Assembly (NCBI RefSeq): GCF_039654945.1
Contig: NW_027361773.1
Location: 11,036,001 to 11,100,000 of the forward strand
Direction: 5' to 3'
DNA from: Dendrobates tinctorius
Lineage: Eukaryota
Length of the DNA: 64,000 nucleotides
The translations under genes and the position numbers were made by a program. Shown in pieces: positions 35,407 through 46,810 of this stretch; position 1 is the stretch's first letter, and the number at the start of each line of letters is the position of its first letter. A model generated the notes under the pieces. It had not been told where the DNA came from and made no database searches. It was given only the letters and a program-made list of their open reading frames with translations.

Positions 35407-36947
35407 TCATTGATTTGGTTTCTTTTGATCTCTCGACGAGCGTGTAAACATATAGCCCGTACCTCGTCTCCTTCTGTCTTCCCATCTGGGTCGATCTCTA
35501 ACAGGCGAAGAGTTGCGCCTTCTCCCCTGGCCAAATCTCCTTCTACCAAATGGGCGACGGTAGGACGCTGATGAAAGGTTTGGGAATCTTTTCTTGTCGT
35601 CCCCCGCCTTTTCAAGCAGCTCGTCTAGGACAGTTCCAAACAAATATTCGCCCTCACATGGAATCGCACAGAGCTTTGCTCTGGACTGGATGTCTCCCTG
35701 CCAGCACTTTAGCCACAGGGCTCTGCGAGCTGCGTTAGAGAGACCTGCTGCTCTGGCGGCCATTCTCACTGCATCCGCTGAGGCATCTGCCAGGAAGGCT
35801 GCTCCCTCTTGGATGGTCGGTAGGGCCCCAAGAATTGTCTGTCTTGATGTACCCTGTTTTAGTTGTGACTCCAACTGGTCCAACCAGACCATCATGGACC
35901 TGGCCGTGCACGTTGAAGCCACTGCTGGTCTTAAGGACCCGGCCGCCATCTCCCAGGTGTTTTTCAGGAAAGTATCAGCTTTCCTGTCTAAGGGATCTTT
36001 AAGGGATCCCATGTCCTCAAAGGGGAGCGAGGATTTTTTTGATGCCTTCGCAATGGCAGCGTCTAATTTGGGGGCTCTGTCCCAAGAACTTACTGCCGGA
36101 TCGTCGAAGGGGTATCTCCTTTTGAGGGCTGGTGGTAGCGACCCTCTTTTGTCTGGTTTTTTCCACTCTCTGTGGATCAGATCCTGTATCTTTTGATTTA
36201 ACGGAAAGACTCTCCGCTTCCTCTGTTCCAGCCCACAGAACATGACATCCTGCATGGATAAATGGGGCTTAGGCTCCTCTACCTCCATTGTCCCTCTGAC
36301 TGCTTTGACCAGCTTGTCTACCCGGTCAAGAGGCAGACAAAAATCGCCCCGAGTCCTCTTCTCCTGAGGAGGACGAGGGAGATGAAGCCTGGGAGTCTCT
36401 GCTTTTTCTCCACTCTACCGAGGAATCAGACTCCGCCGGGACCTCGCCCCTTAGACTTTGCGGCTGAGACAAGGACTTTAGGGTTTCCCTCATTTCTACC
36501 CTGACAATGTCTCTCAAACTCGCCGCTACTGCGGGCGACTCTTCTGCCACTGTCTGCTGAATACAGGGGGGGGCACAATCTTTTGAGGCACGCGTCCGGT
36601 AATGGGCATGCACAGAGTGCGCATTCCCTATGCTTATTTTTACTTGTAGCTTTTTTTCCCTAGAAAAAGAAAAACACAGAAGGGGGGTCCCGTCACTGAG
36701 TGAACTTTCACGAAGATCACTTACCAGTGCCACAATCAAGTACCGGAGAACGAGGGGGATTTCTTTCGGTCGATGCTCCTGTCTGCCTGGAGGAGCTCTT
36801 ACGAGTGGACTGGTCACTTCGTCCCGCATTACTGTCACGGGACCCTTTCTTTTTCTGTTTGACCTGCCGAAGGTCATCCAGGGGCGGCAGTGATGTTTGC
36901 CGCTGCTGCCCTTGCTTCTGCCGCTGCTGCTCTCGATCGCTTTCCAT
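35407..36947 (-). CDS. DIRS ORF1 (gag-like), predicted to be spliced, with homopolymer frameshifts
   Basis: 293-aa open C-terminal part (EWKKP, LKDPLDRK, ARRALWL); upstream CALC...CPPC finger; intron-like segment 36660-36724. Confidence 0.75.
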
Positions 36948-38635
36948 TACCACTGCTGCTGCTGCACACTGCTGCATGTAGTAATGTGGCCAAGGCAAGG
37001 TACCCTGCCCGGGTCCCGCCTAAATACCCCTCCTCCGGTCAGCAGTATCCATGCCCCGCCCCTCCCCCCCCCCTTAACGGAGCTCCCTACCCCAGCTGGC
37101 GCCCGACCCCGCGCCATCGGTGTTTTCGATGGGCGCCGCCATCTTGGAATCGCCGCGCATGCGCAGTGGCGCGCTGACCCAGAAGCGCCTCCTCCGCCAG
37201 CCCCCTGATGTCACCGCTACCCCGGAGACGCCGGAAGCCCCGCGGGACGCCCGGGAGCTCCGGAGCAGCGCCCGGTCGCAGCCCCCTGCACAGCGCTGCC
37301 AACATATCTGCGCCGCCGGAGCCGGGAATCCCCGGGGGGGGTTATACTTACCGGCGGCGGCTTAATTCCGGAGACGGACATCCTCCGGACGCCGCTCCCT
37401 GCTGTCCACGCCACCGCCGTGACACCCATCCTGGGCCACCGTGGCGCCTTCCAGGAGATCCGAACCAGGCCGAGGTAGGAGACCCCCTCGCTACCGGTGT
37501 CGGCTGGCCGGCCTGGGATCCAATTCTTCTGTAGGATCCCGTCCCCTCAGGAACAGGAAACCAACTGATGCGTGGGAGAGGTGCCGCCCTTTTGTATCTG
37601 TAGGTTTCCTGTTCCTATAGGGCGGATCCCCTCTCTCGTGGTGCTGTCATTGGAGTCCGAATAAACAAAGCCAGTATGATAAACAGTATTGTCTTGTCTC
37701 GGTTGTAAGCTGGCCATACATATTAGATAGCTGTGGGACAAATAATATTTCTGCCAATCACCCGATCGGCCAACAGTCATTGTCTGACATCTTACTGTAT
37801 CTTCGTGAGAACAATGATCGGTAGTCCGAAATCGGATATGACCGATTGGCTTCTTCTCTCCCAACCATAGGTCGGCCGGCGCTCCATACACTAAAAACCG
37901 ATGGCCGAACCAGTCGATATTAGCAGGTTCAGCCACTACACAGCGTACAGAGCCGTAGCATTCTGCCCTATACAGTGTTTACATCTGGCTGCTGCTGCTG
38001 AGTGATAACAGCTGATTGTGGGGGTACCAGGTGTTGGACCCCCACCGATGCTATCCTAAGGATTGGTCATCATTAGGAAAATAGCAGACAACCTTTTTAG
38101 GCAATCTGTCAAAAAATATTTACTATGGATGTCAATGTCAAATTGCAAATTAAACCAGAAAACAGGTGGATGCAGGTGCAAATGATATGTAGAAAGTAAT
38201 CAGTAAAAGTAGTTTAATACAGAAATCACCACATTTTTACTTATTATTATCCTGACAGTATTGTTGAGGATACCAAATCAACCAATACAACTCTGTAGGA
38301 CATGTTTGAAAGAACTGCTTATTGTGTCTTTTGTCCTTGTAATGGAAGAGCACATGCAGCGCTGTTTAATGGAGGTGTAGGCTCCATCTGCAGTACGCAT
38401 GCATCTCTATTTACTTCTGTAAGTTCTAAGACACTGCCTGGTTGATCGGGCGCTGCTAGTGTCCATCACGCAATGGAGGTCACCGAACCATGGTTTCAGT
38501 TTATATGCGAAACCCTAACACAGATGTTAGCAGAAATGCTTCTTACTTTATTGATCAAATCTTGAATCCACAATCCACTGAAGCAACATTGTTTGAAAAG
38601 CATTGAAATACTAATGCGATATTGGGACTTCTCAC

Positions 38636-38735
38636 CTCCTTGGTTTCCGCCAACTAAAGCTTTGTGTCGAATTTTCTTACAAGCATCAAGTATGGTAGCA
38701 CCAATGTAAGCTATTTCTGCACCAAACCGGAAACT
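38636..38735 (-). CDS. FBH1: FBH1 exon (SFRFGAEIAYIGATILD...LVGGNQG), 100 nt
   Basis: ttttag acceptor, gtgag donor; motif IV. Confidence 0.95.
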
Positions 38736-38846
38736 CTAAAATACAAATTAGAGTAAACATCTAAATTGAATTCTGATCATTTAGAAAATCCAGAGATGCA
38801 TTCTATTCAGCTTTCAGCCTGGTCACCCCAGCCTGGTCACATAAGT

Positions 38847-39008
38847 CAGGGTTCACCAACTCCAGTCCTCAAGGCCCACCAACAGATCATGCTTTCAGGA
38901 TTTCCTTTGTATTGCTCAGTTGATGCAATTATCACCTGAGCAATACTAAGGAAATCCTGGAAACATGATCTGTTGGTGGGCCTTGAGGACTGGAGTTGGA
39001 GAACCCTG
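38847..39008. mobile_element. 162-bp palindromic hAT MITE
   Basis: TIR cagggttc..caactccagtcctcaagg; perfect 8-bp TSD acataagt. Confidence 0.92.
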
Positions 39009-39319
39009 ACATAAGTGAACAAGACTGCTCCCAGCCATGAGCAGTAGCCCAAGAGCCATCCTTACCAGCTGCTCTCAGCACTTCGCTACATAGACTACTA
39101 CAGCTTGTTCTAGAACAGTTATCTCATCATGTAATTCTAGAGAAACTAGGGCAGACTTGTCAGGAAGCACTTGTCCTTTTGTATAATGCAGCTTGTTAAT
39201 TGTGAAGAAAACATTTTCTTACTGTTATCAGCCATCAGGGATAAATAACTAACAGCTGTCAGCAGTCAAGTGACAAGTAGCCAGCAGTTGCTTGTCTCAG
39301 GTCCCCGCCATACATCTAA

Positions 39320-39703
39320 AGGCCCCTTTACATTTAGCGATGCACCAGCGATCCCGACCACGATACGACCCGGTCAGGATCGCTGGTGCATCGCTAAATG
39401 GTCGCTAGTGAGCTGCCACACAGGTAGATCTCACAGCAACGTAGCAGCGGTCGTTACTTACCTTTCAGACGCGGCGATCCTGACATCCTCCCGCCCGTGT
39501 CCACGCGTCGCTCGTCGGCGCCAGCAGGAAGCGCCCGACGAGAAATGGAGCTGCACGATCTCGCGCGATCAGCGACAGACAGCGGGGGAGCCGGTCGGAG
39601 GTAAGTATCACACAGCGATATCGCTAGCAATATCGCTGCTGCGTCACAAAATCGGTGATGCTTTAGCGATATTGCTAGCGATATTGCTATGTGTAAAGCC
39701 CCT
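39320..39703. mobile_element. Harbinger-type MITE (family of 9922-10319)
   Basis: Interior is the reverse complement of 10010-10140. Confidence 0.75.
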
Positions 39704-40251
39704 TTTAGATAGCTGTCAGCTAAACCATGATTTGGGCAATTGTTCGGCCAGCAGACATCTTGCCCTGCTCTCCCATACAAACTCCTGTGTTCAGGATGTG
39801 ATAGCCATAGCAGACATGTCTGGCAGCAGATTATCTCTTGAGGACAAAAGACTCATAAGTGTGAACTCAGACATGCTGGATCCTTGTCTTCCAGGACAAT
39901 CATGTGTCCAGGTGCACATAGAGTGTCTGCAAAAGTAGACGCTATCAACTTGCCAAGTTAACGTTAGTCTAATAAGTATAGGGCCCTTAAATCCCCTGTG
40001 ACTGTAACCATCTGGCCACATGTCTACTGACTTGAACTTGAGAGCCTCATATATGCCATCGATCATGGCACATAGATGTGTGAATTCAGACACTCGCTGT
40101 AGACGTGCAATCATATTAGATCTTGTTGTTCTTGTTTATGATATGACCAAGAGATCCTTGCCTCCCTCTCTATTCACCCCCTACATGTAACATGAAATTA
40201 GGTACAACGTTGTCACAGAGTAGAGTGGGGCAGAAAACCAGTATGAAGGTA

Positions 40252-41803
40252 CAGTTGTGCTCAAAGGTTTACATACCCAGGTAGAATTTTTGCTTTCTTG
40301 GCCTTTTCCAGAGAATATGAATTATAATACCAAAACTTTTTCTCCACTCATGGTTAGTGGTTGGGTGAAGTCATTTGTTGTCAAACTACTGTGTTTTCTC
40401 TTTTTAAATCATAATGACAACCTCAAACAACCAAATGACCCTCCCTGATCAAAAGTTCACATACCCTGGTAACATCCTCACCTGTGACAACTGCCAGGAA
40501 AATTGTTTGGGATGCAAAGAAATACCCACAAATAACATCAGCTGAAATACTGGACTCTCTGAAAACTAGCGGTGTGGCTGTTTCAAGATGCACAATAAGG
40601 AGGCACTTGAAGAAAAATGGGCTGCATGGTTTTGTCGAGTTGCCAGAAGAAAGCCAAATGTCACAAAGTATCTCGCCGACAATCCGTAAAAACAGCACAG
40701 AGACAAGCCTCAAAACTTCTGGAACAAGGTAATTTGGAGTCATGAGACCAAAATTGAACTTTTTGGTCACAACCATAAACGTTACATTTGGAGAGTGGTC
40801 ATCAAGGCCTACGATGAAAGGAACACCATTCCTACTGTAAAGCACGTAGGTGGATCGCTGATGTTTTGAGGATGTGTAAGCTATAAAGGCACAGGAAACT
40901 TGGTTAAAGTTGAAGGAAAGATGAATGCAGCACATTATCAGCAAATACTGGAGGTAAATTCGCAATCATCAGCCTGGAAGCTGCACATGGGACGTGCTTG
41001 GATGTTCCAACACGACAACGATCCAAAACTTAAGGCCAAGTCGACCTGTCATTGGCTACAGCAGAAGAAAGTGAAGGTTCTAGAGTGGCCATCTCAGTCT
41101 CCTGATCTCAATATCATTAAGCCACTCTGGGGAGATCTCAAGCGCGCAGTTCATGCTAGACAGAAGAGGAATTTACAGGAACTGGAGGCTTTTTGCAAGA
41201 AGAGTGGGCAGCTTTACCATCTGAGAAAATAAAGAATCTCATCCACAACTACCACAAAAGACTTCAGCTGTCATTGATGTTAGAGGGGGCAATACATGGT
41301 ATTAAGAAATGGGGTATGTGAACTTTTGATTAGGGTCATTTGGCTTTCTTCTGGCGACTTGACCATGCAGCCCATTTTTCTTCAAGTGCCTCCTTATTGT
41401 GCATCTTGAAACAGCCACACTGCTAGATTTCAGAGTACAGTTTTTCTGCTGATGTTATTTGGGGGTATTTCTTTGAATCCCCAAAATTTTCCTGGCATTT
41501 GTAACAGGTCACAGGTGAGGATGTTACCTTTAGTAGCCATTAAAACCCATTTGTGTCAACTTCTGTGCATGTTATTAGGGTAAAATCACCAGGGTATGTG
41601 AACTTTTGATCAGGGCCATTTGGATGTTTTGGGTAGTCATTATGATTTAAAAAGAGAAAACACAGTAGTTTGCCAATAACTGGCTTCACCCAACTACTAA
41701 CAATGAGTGGAGAAAAGGTTTTGGTGTTATCATTCATATTCTCTGAAAAAAGGTCAAGAAAGCAAAAACTCTGCCGGGGTATGAAAACTTTTGAGCACAA
41801 CTG
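40252..41803 (+). mobile_element. Degenerate Tc1 transposon with an inverted duplication of its 5' part
   Basis: TA-cagttgtgctcaaa / tttgagcacaactg-TA; HDNDPK...WPSQSPDLN. Confidence 0.92.
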
Positions 41804-41863
41804 TATATTTAAATGGGGAGATGGGAATGCCTCTTTAAGAATGGAGAGCATAAATATACTGAC

Positions 41864-42000
41864 CTGTGTGAGGTAGAAGACGTGAGTGTGGGGCACTTCA
41901 CAAAGAGCATTTACAGCACCACGGAAAGTGTAGATTTGCTGGTGAGGATCTCCAACAAATATTTTCCCACATTTTTGGGTGAGGACAATCTTCATAATAG
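41864..42000 (-). CDS. FBH1: FBH1 exon with motif III (IMKIVLTQ...[18 protein letters not shown]...FYLTQ), 137 nt
   Basis: Lies within ORF 41540..42007; AG/GT boundaries. Confidence 0.96.
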
Positions 42001-42185
42001 CTAACAAAAAAATAAAATAAAGTCATTGGTGCTGAACATTACATTTTAAAATGTTGAAATGAAAAATAGGCAAAAATGTTCTTCAATATATACCACATAA
42101 ATGTCAGAAGACCAGAGTCGGTGGTGTCCTTAACCTTGGACCCCAACTTATCTGCTCCTGTACATGGCGATAGTACTCTACTTAC

Positions 42186-42272
42186 AAGGTGTACAGTCTT
42201 GAGCTTCATCTATAAATATAGCATCGTAAGAGGAGAGATTTGGCCTGCGGAGTTGCCAGAGTTTTAGATAAC
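42186..42272 (-). CDS. FBH1: FBH1 exon with Walker B (YLKLWQL...[11 protein letters not shown]), 87 nt
   Basis: AG/GT boundaries; DEAQD motif II. Confidence 0.95.
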
Positions 42273-43039
42273 CTGCAAGATGACAAAAACAAAAGCAGAA
42301 TGAAGAATTAGAGGTGCTGGCAGATTTTCTGAAGCAGGATCACATCTCTGCTTCTCTACTTCCTGCTTGCTGTGGGTTGTGTGCTTCTGATTGACAGCTC
42401 AGACCAGCAGAATAGTCGCACCTCTGACCTAAACTATGTGCTTCCTGATGCTTCATCTCTGCGGCACTGCGGATGGAGCGTAGGTACACTGATGCTGGCA
42501 AGAACGGAAGCCAACAGTGCACTTCACCTATCCAAGCCAGCTTGAGTGCAGTGCTTACAAGCGCTAGATGAAAGAGCTTGTAAACTAGAACTGGTGTCCA
42601 AATATGTGCAGTAAACAAAACTAAAAATCTCCTTTTTTTTATTAAGGAGGAATTTTAACAAGTAAATTGGTAAAATTGCAAAATGCTTGTAAAATTGAGT
42701 AATTTTGCAATTTAACATTATGACAATCATTTTTTATGAAAAAACGTTGCTAAAAATAATATTCCCAGAGTATATTTGCCTTCAGTGCTTTTGGAACCTC
42801 AATCTTAGTAGCTTATTTTGGGTTTCTTATATAAACAAGATACCCTTGAAATCAGAAAGCTGCTAGGATTACAATTTTACATAAAATCGCATTCATCACA
42901 GTATGGTTTTCAGCATTCAAGGACATTTTACACATTTCACCTAAACAAAATGTAATGTTTATATGCGCCATGGACATTTTTTTTTTATAAAAATGGAAGG
43001 AGTGGGCCTAATGCTACCCCCCCACCAAAAAAAACGTAC

Positions 43040-43127
43040 CATCATGAGTCATTTTGTAAGCGTATTCGCGAGTTTCTTCAAGGCTTTGCATTTTTTCCCA
43101 AATTTTTTCTGCTTCTCTCACAGCAAA
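43040..43127 (-). CDS. FBH1: FBH1 exon (FAVREAEKIWEKM...KMTHD-G), 88 nt
   Basis: AG/GT boundaries, phase 0 to 1; MTHDGYLK continues into the next exon. Confidence 0.92.
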
Positions 43128-44274
43128 CTATAAAGTTAGAAAATAAAGTTCAGGTGTAAAATAGTTTATAAGAGAACCTAATTTGGAAAAAATTAGCATA
43201 TGCAAATTGTCTTTAATTAAAGTGTACCTGTCATTTCAGATATCTTTTCAGAATAGGCCGTCATGCGTGTGTACATGAGAAATCACACTATTTCTGGCTA
43301 TTATAGGACTTGTATTCTGCATTTTTTACCAGTTTTCCTTGCTGCAGACCTAGTGGCCAGAGACTGGCTGCCATGTCATCCATGCACAATAGGTAGAGAC
43401 ATGGGATTCAAGCTCTTCTCTGTCGCACACAGGTAGAAGCAGCAAGACATTGTACAGCAGTACAACTGTGCGTCTAGCGCTGGAGTGAGCTGGAAGGTTG
43501 CTTGAAGCTGCAGGTCCATCTCACTTTGCCTGTGCTGGATGCCCCTAACGCCTCCTTCCTTTTTCTTCTCCATACAGAATAGGAGGAGGTGTAACCTGAT
43601 ACCTCACTGTACTGGCAATCCACCTAGCTTTGACCAAGACAGATTTGAGCATTTTTATCCCAGAGTGGAACAGAGCTAAGGAGACGGGGAAGAAGTGGCT
43701 CATAAATGAAGAAAGAAGCAAGCAGTTCAGTCAGTGGCATTATCTACAAGTCTTTAACCTCAAATTTCCCTATCCCCCTCACAAACTCTAAAGACCGTGG
43801 GGCAAATTTACAGACTAAACTGCACTAGAATTGTTTCAAGTGGAGTAAATTCCAGTGTGCATGCCATGTCCCCATTAATTTGAGTTTTAGACACTTTCAA
43901 CTTGATAAGTGGATTTGTAAAATACTCCAAATGTATGGCTAGCAGATAGCAGCTTTATGGTGCAAAAATATTCTTAAAGAAGGCAAACCACGAGGGTCAA
44001 TATGTTTTAAATCTTTTGCCCATTTGTAGGACATCTATGTTTTTTCATAGTCTGAAAATAGGCAAGATTAGGAAATCTGACCTATTGTGTTTAACCACTT
44101 CCTGGCAATGGATGTACTGGTCATCTGTGTCTGATGCGGGCTCAGGAGTTGAGCCTCATTATACACCGCTACACAGACAGAATCCGCCTAAAACAGAAGC
44201 GAGAAGAGCTGAGCTATGTCCGATGTGGTTAACCCTTTAAATGTTGCTGTCAATCCCTGACAGAGGTCTTTTAA

Positions 44275-44880
44275 AGGGAATCGGTCACCCTATTTTTCAC
44301 CTATCAGCTGTCGGCACCGACATCAGGGGCTTATCTACAGCATTCTGTAATGCTGTAGATAAGCCCCCGATGTAACCTGAAAGATAAGAAAAATTAGTTA
44401 TATTATACTCACCGAGGAGGCAGTCCGGTCTTGGTCCGATGGGTGTTGCGGTCCAGCGCCTCCCTTCTTCTAACAGTGACGTCTTCTTCTTTGCTGCCTG
44501 TTGTGGCTCCTGTGCAGGCGCACTGCTCTGCCCTGTTGAGGGCAGAGCAAAATACTGCAGTGCCCAGGCGCCATGAGAGGTCCGGCGCCTGCGCACTGCA
44601 GGACTCTGCTCTGCTCTCAACAGGGCAGAGCAGTGCGCCTGCGCAGGAGCCACGACAGGCAGCAAAGAAGAGGACATCACCGTTAGAAGATGGGAGGCGC
44701 CGGACCGGACGGCGACACCCTTTGGACTGGATCAAACGCCAGGGTGAGTATAATCTAACTCTTTTTTCTTATCCTTCACGTTACATCAGGGCTTATCTAC
44801 AGCATTACAGAATGCTGCAGATAAGCCCCTGATATCGGTGTCGGCAGCGGATAGGCGAAAAATAGGGTGACAGATTCCCT
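44275..44880. mobile_element. Kolobok/T2-type palindromic MITE
   Basis: TTAA TSD; agggaatc.gtcaccctatttt / aaaatagggtgacagattccct. Confidence 0.88.
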
Positions 44881-45771
44881 TTAAGTGCTTGGCCTGGGAG
44901 GTACAGTTCCATGAGCTTATTGCTCCACCCCCTGCGATAAGCTGCCACGCCTGCTGAATGCTCCAGCCTGCCAAGATGGTGCTCCAGTGAAGACCGGCCT
45001 ATAACTTGACATAATAGGAGACTGATTTTTAGGCTATGCTGCAATACTGTGGTGTTATGATAATACAACTTCCATGGGATATCATAATGAACTAAACATA
45101 TATACCAAACATAAAACGCCTCTCATATAGTTCTATTAAATTACAATTAGCAACTCTTAACGTTTTTTTTTTTTAAATCAACAAAATCATACAACAGTAG
45201 GGTAATTAAAAACTAACATTATGATTAAGAAACAAATAAAAAATGAAACCACCACCGGATGAAAAGGGTTAGAAAGATCTGAGCACATAAACACAATCAT
45301 AAATTTCAATCATCAGTTAATTAATTAGTAATTGATCAGCAAAGGTACAAATAGCATGTAAGCAGCGCATATTGCTGGTCACACATACACATGATGCATT
45401 ATGTCACACAACTTGTTCAGGGGGTCACTTTCCCTGCAGAAGATGGTTTACAAAATGCAAAACATGCGTAGGGGCAGTTCTGTGACATAATACACCACAG
45501 ATAAGACCAGCAATGTGCACGGTTTACGTAATTGTGAATTTGTGGATCCAATACTGTATGAATGGGGTCTCATTTGTTATTTAGAATTGTTTGTTTCTTA
45601 GTCATGTGTAATAAAATATGTATTAGCCTACTGATCCACTATACGGTCATTGTATGGAAGTAATATTAGTACAGTGATTTATATTAATAAAATCGTTATG
45701 TTGGTATTATTCAATCACTATGTGATGGTAATATGTGGCCTGGTCATGGTGCGGTGGTTATTTTTTCATGT

Positions 45772-46345
45772 ACCGTATTTTTCGGACTATAAGACGCACC
45801 CCAAATTTTCAAAAAGAAAATAGGGAAAAAAAATTAATGTGTCAATTGGGGGTCCGTCTTACAGTCCAAATTCAGCTTACCGGGGAGGATCGGTACATGA
45901 GCAGGAGTGGTCACAGGGGTTGTTCGGTGGTCCAGGCTGGTGCGGTGGCTCCCGGAAATCCCATCCCAGGCTGGTGCGGCAGTGGTGCTCTGTGCTACGG
46001 TGTTCTCTGCTGCAGCGGTGGTGCTCTGTGCTGCAGAGCTTTGTGCTGGCGTGGCGGTGGCGCTCTATTTTGCAGGGTCGGGGGCTCCACTGGTATTTTG
46101 TCACAAAACCCGGAGGACCCCGCAGATCCATTGCTGCGATGCAGTGGCCTCCGGGAAAACGGCCGCATCTGAATGGAGCAGCCTCCAGGCTTTGACAAAA
46201 TGCCGGCAGAGTCCCCCACGCAGCACAGAGAGCCGCCGCCGCCCCATCACAGAGAGCTGCCACACCCCCAGCACAGATCACCGCTACCGCAGCATTTGTA
46301 AGTGTATTCCAACTATAAGACGCACCCCCATTTTCCCCCAGAAGC
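45772..46345. mobile_element. Tc1/pogo-type MITE, partial
   Basis: ta-ccgtatttttcggactataagacgcac; actataagacgcac repeated near 46312. Confidence 0.65.
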
Positions 46346-46391
46346 TGGTCCAAATGTTGCCCCTTCATTGACCAGTCATCTTTATTTATAC

Positions 46392-46614
46392 CTGTTGTTG
46401 AACTAAAGTCACCATTTCCCTTTCTCCGCGGTTATTTTTACACCATATAGGAACATGGTCTCTTTCAATTGTTTCTTCGGCAGAAGCAAGAAATTTCTCA
46501 AGTGTTTTAACAACAAGTTTGGCTCTAATAAAACCTGCTTCTCCTTCAGGAAGGACACCGTTTACTGTATATGAAGTAAGCTTCGAGGGGTTCAGCTTTT
46601 TCCTTTGCTGATAC
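46392..46614 (-). CDS. FBH1: FBH1 exon ([13 protein letters not shown]...HVPIWCKN...VQQQ), 223 nt
   Basis: AG acceptor at 46616-46615, GT donor at 46391; GFIRAKLV and HVPIWCKN match FBH1. Confidence 0.93.
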
Positions 46615-46810
46615 CTGTATACATATTAAGAAAAAAAAACACACATTACTTTTACGAAAATATTAATATTTTCATTAGTAAATTTAACCTCCTCTTGTGT
46701 GTATTACATTGTAATTTATGTTCAAAGCATAAAAAAGTAGATCTGATTTGAATTACTGAAAATATGAAGAATGCAAAAAAAAAAACAAAAAAAAAAAACA
46801 AAAAAAAAAC

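Larger units (their letters stand above)
32097..37665 (-). mobile_element. DIRS1-like tyrosine-recombinase retrotransposon, full length (DIRS-A)
   Basis: Inverted terminal repeats 32141-32230 / 37561-37650; internal complementary region 32397-32482 joining both ends through TTT; AAA at both termini; gag, pol and YR ORFs. Confidence 0.97.
10784..46614 (-). other. FBH1: FBH1/FBXO18 F-box DNA helicase 1 gene, 3' portion (12 coding exons; 5' exons outside window)
   Basis: Twelve exons with GT-AG boundaries join in consistent phase (1564 nt). The product contains SF1 motifs [45 protein letters not shown] and LYVAVTRAK, and is colinear with vertebrate FBH1 as recalled. Confidence 0.96.

Noticed and set aside
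36890-37534. GC-rich CpG-island-like region with many ORFs, suggesting a host promoter
   Set aside because: Lies inside the DIRS-A leader; the same applies to 51700-52400 in DIRS-B.
45735-46371. Several 118-163 aa ORFs on both strands
   Set aside because: Low-complexity GC-rich MITE interior.
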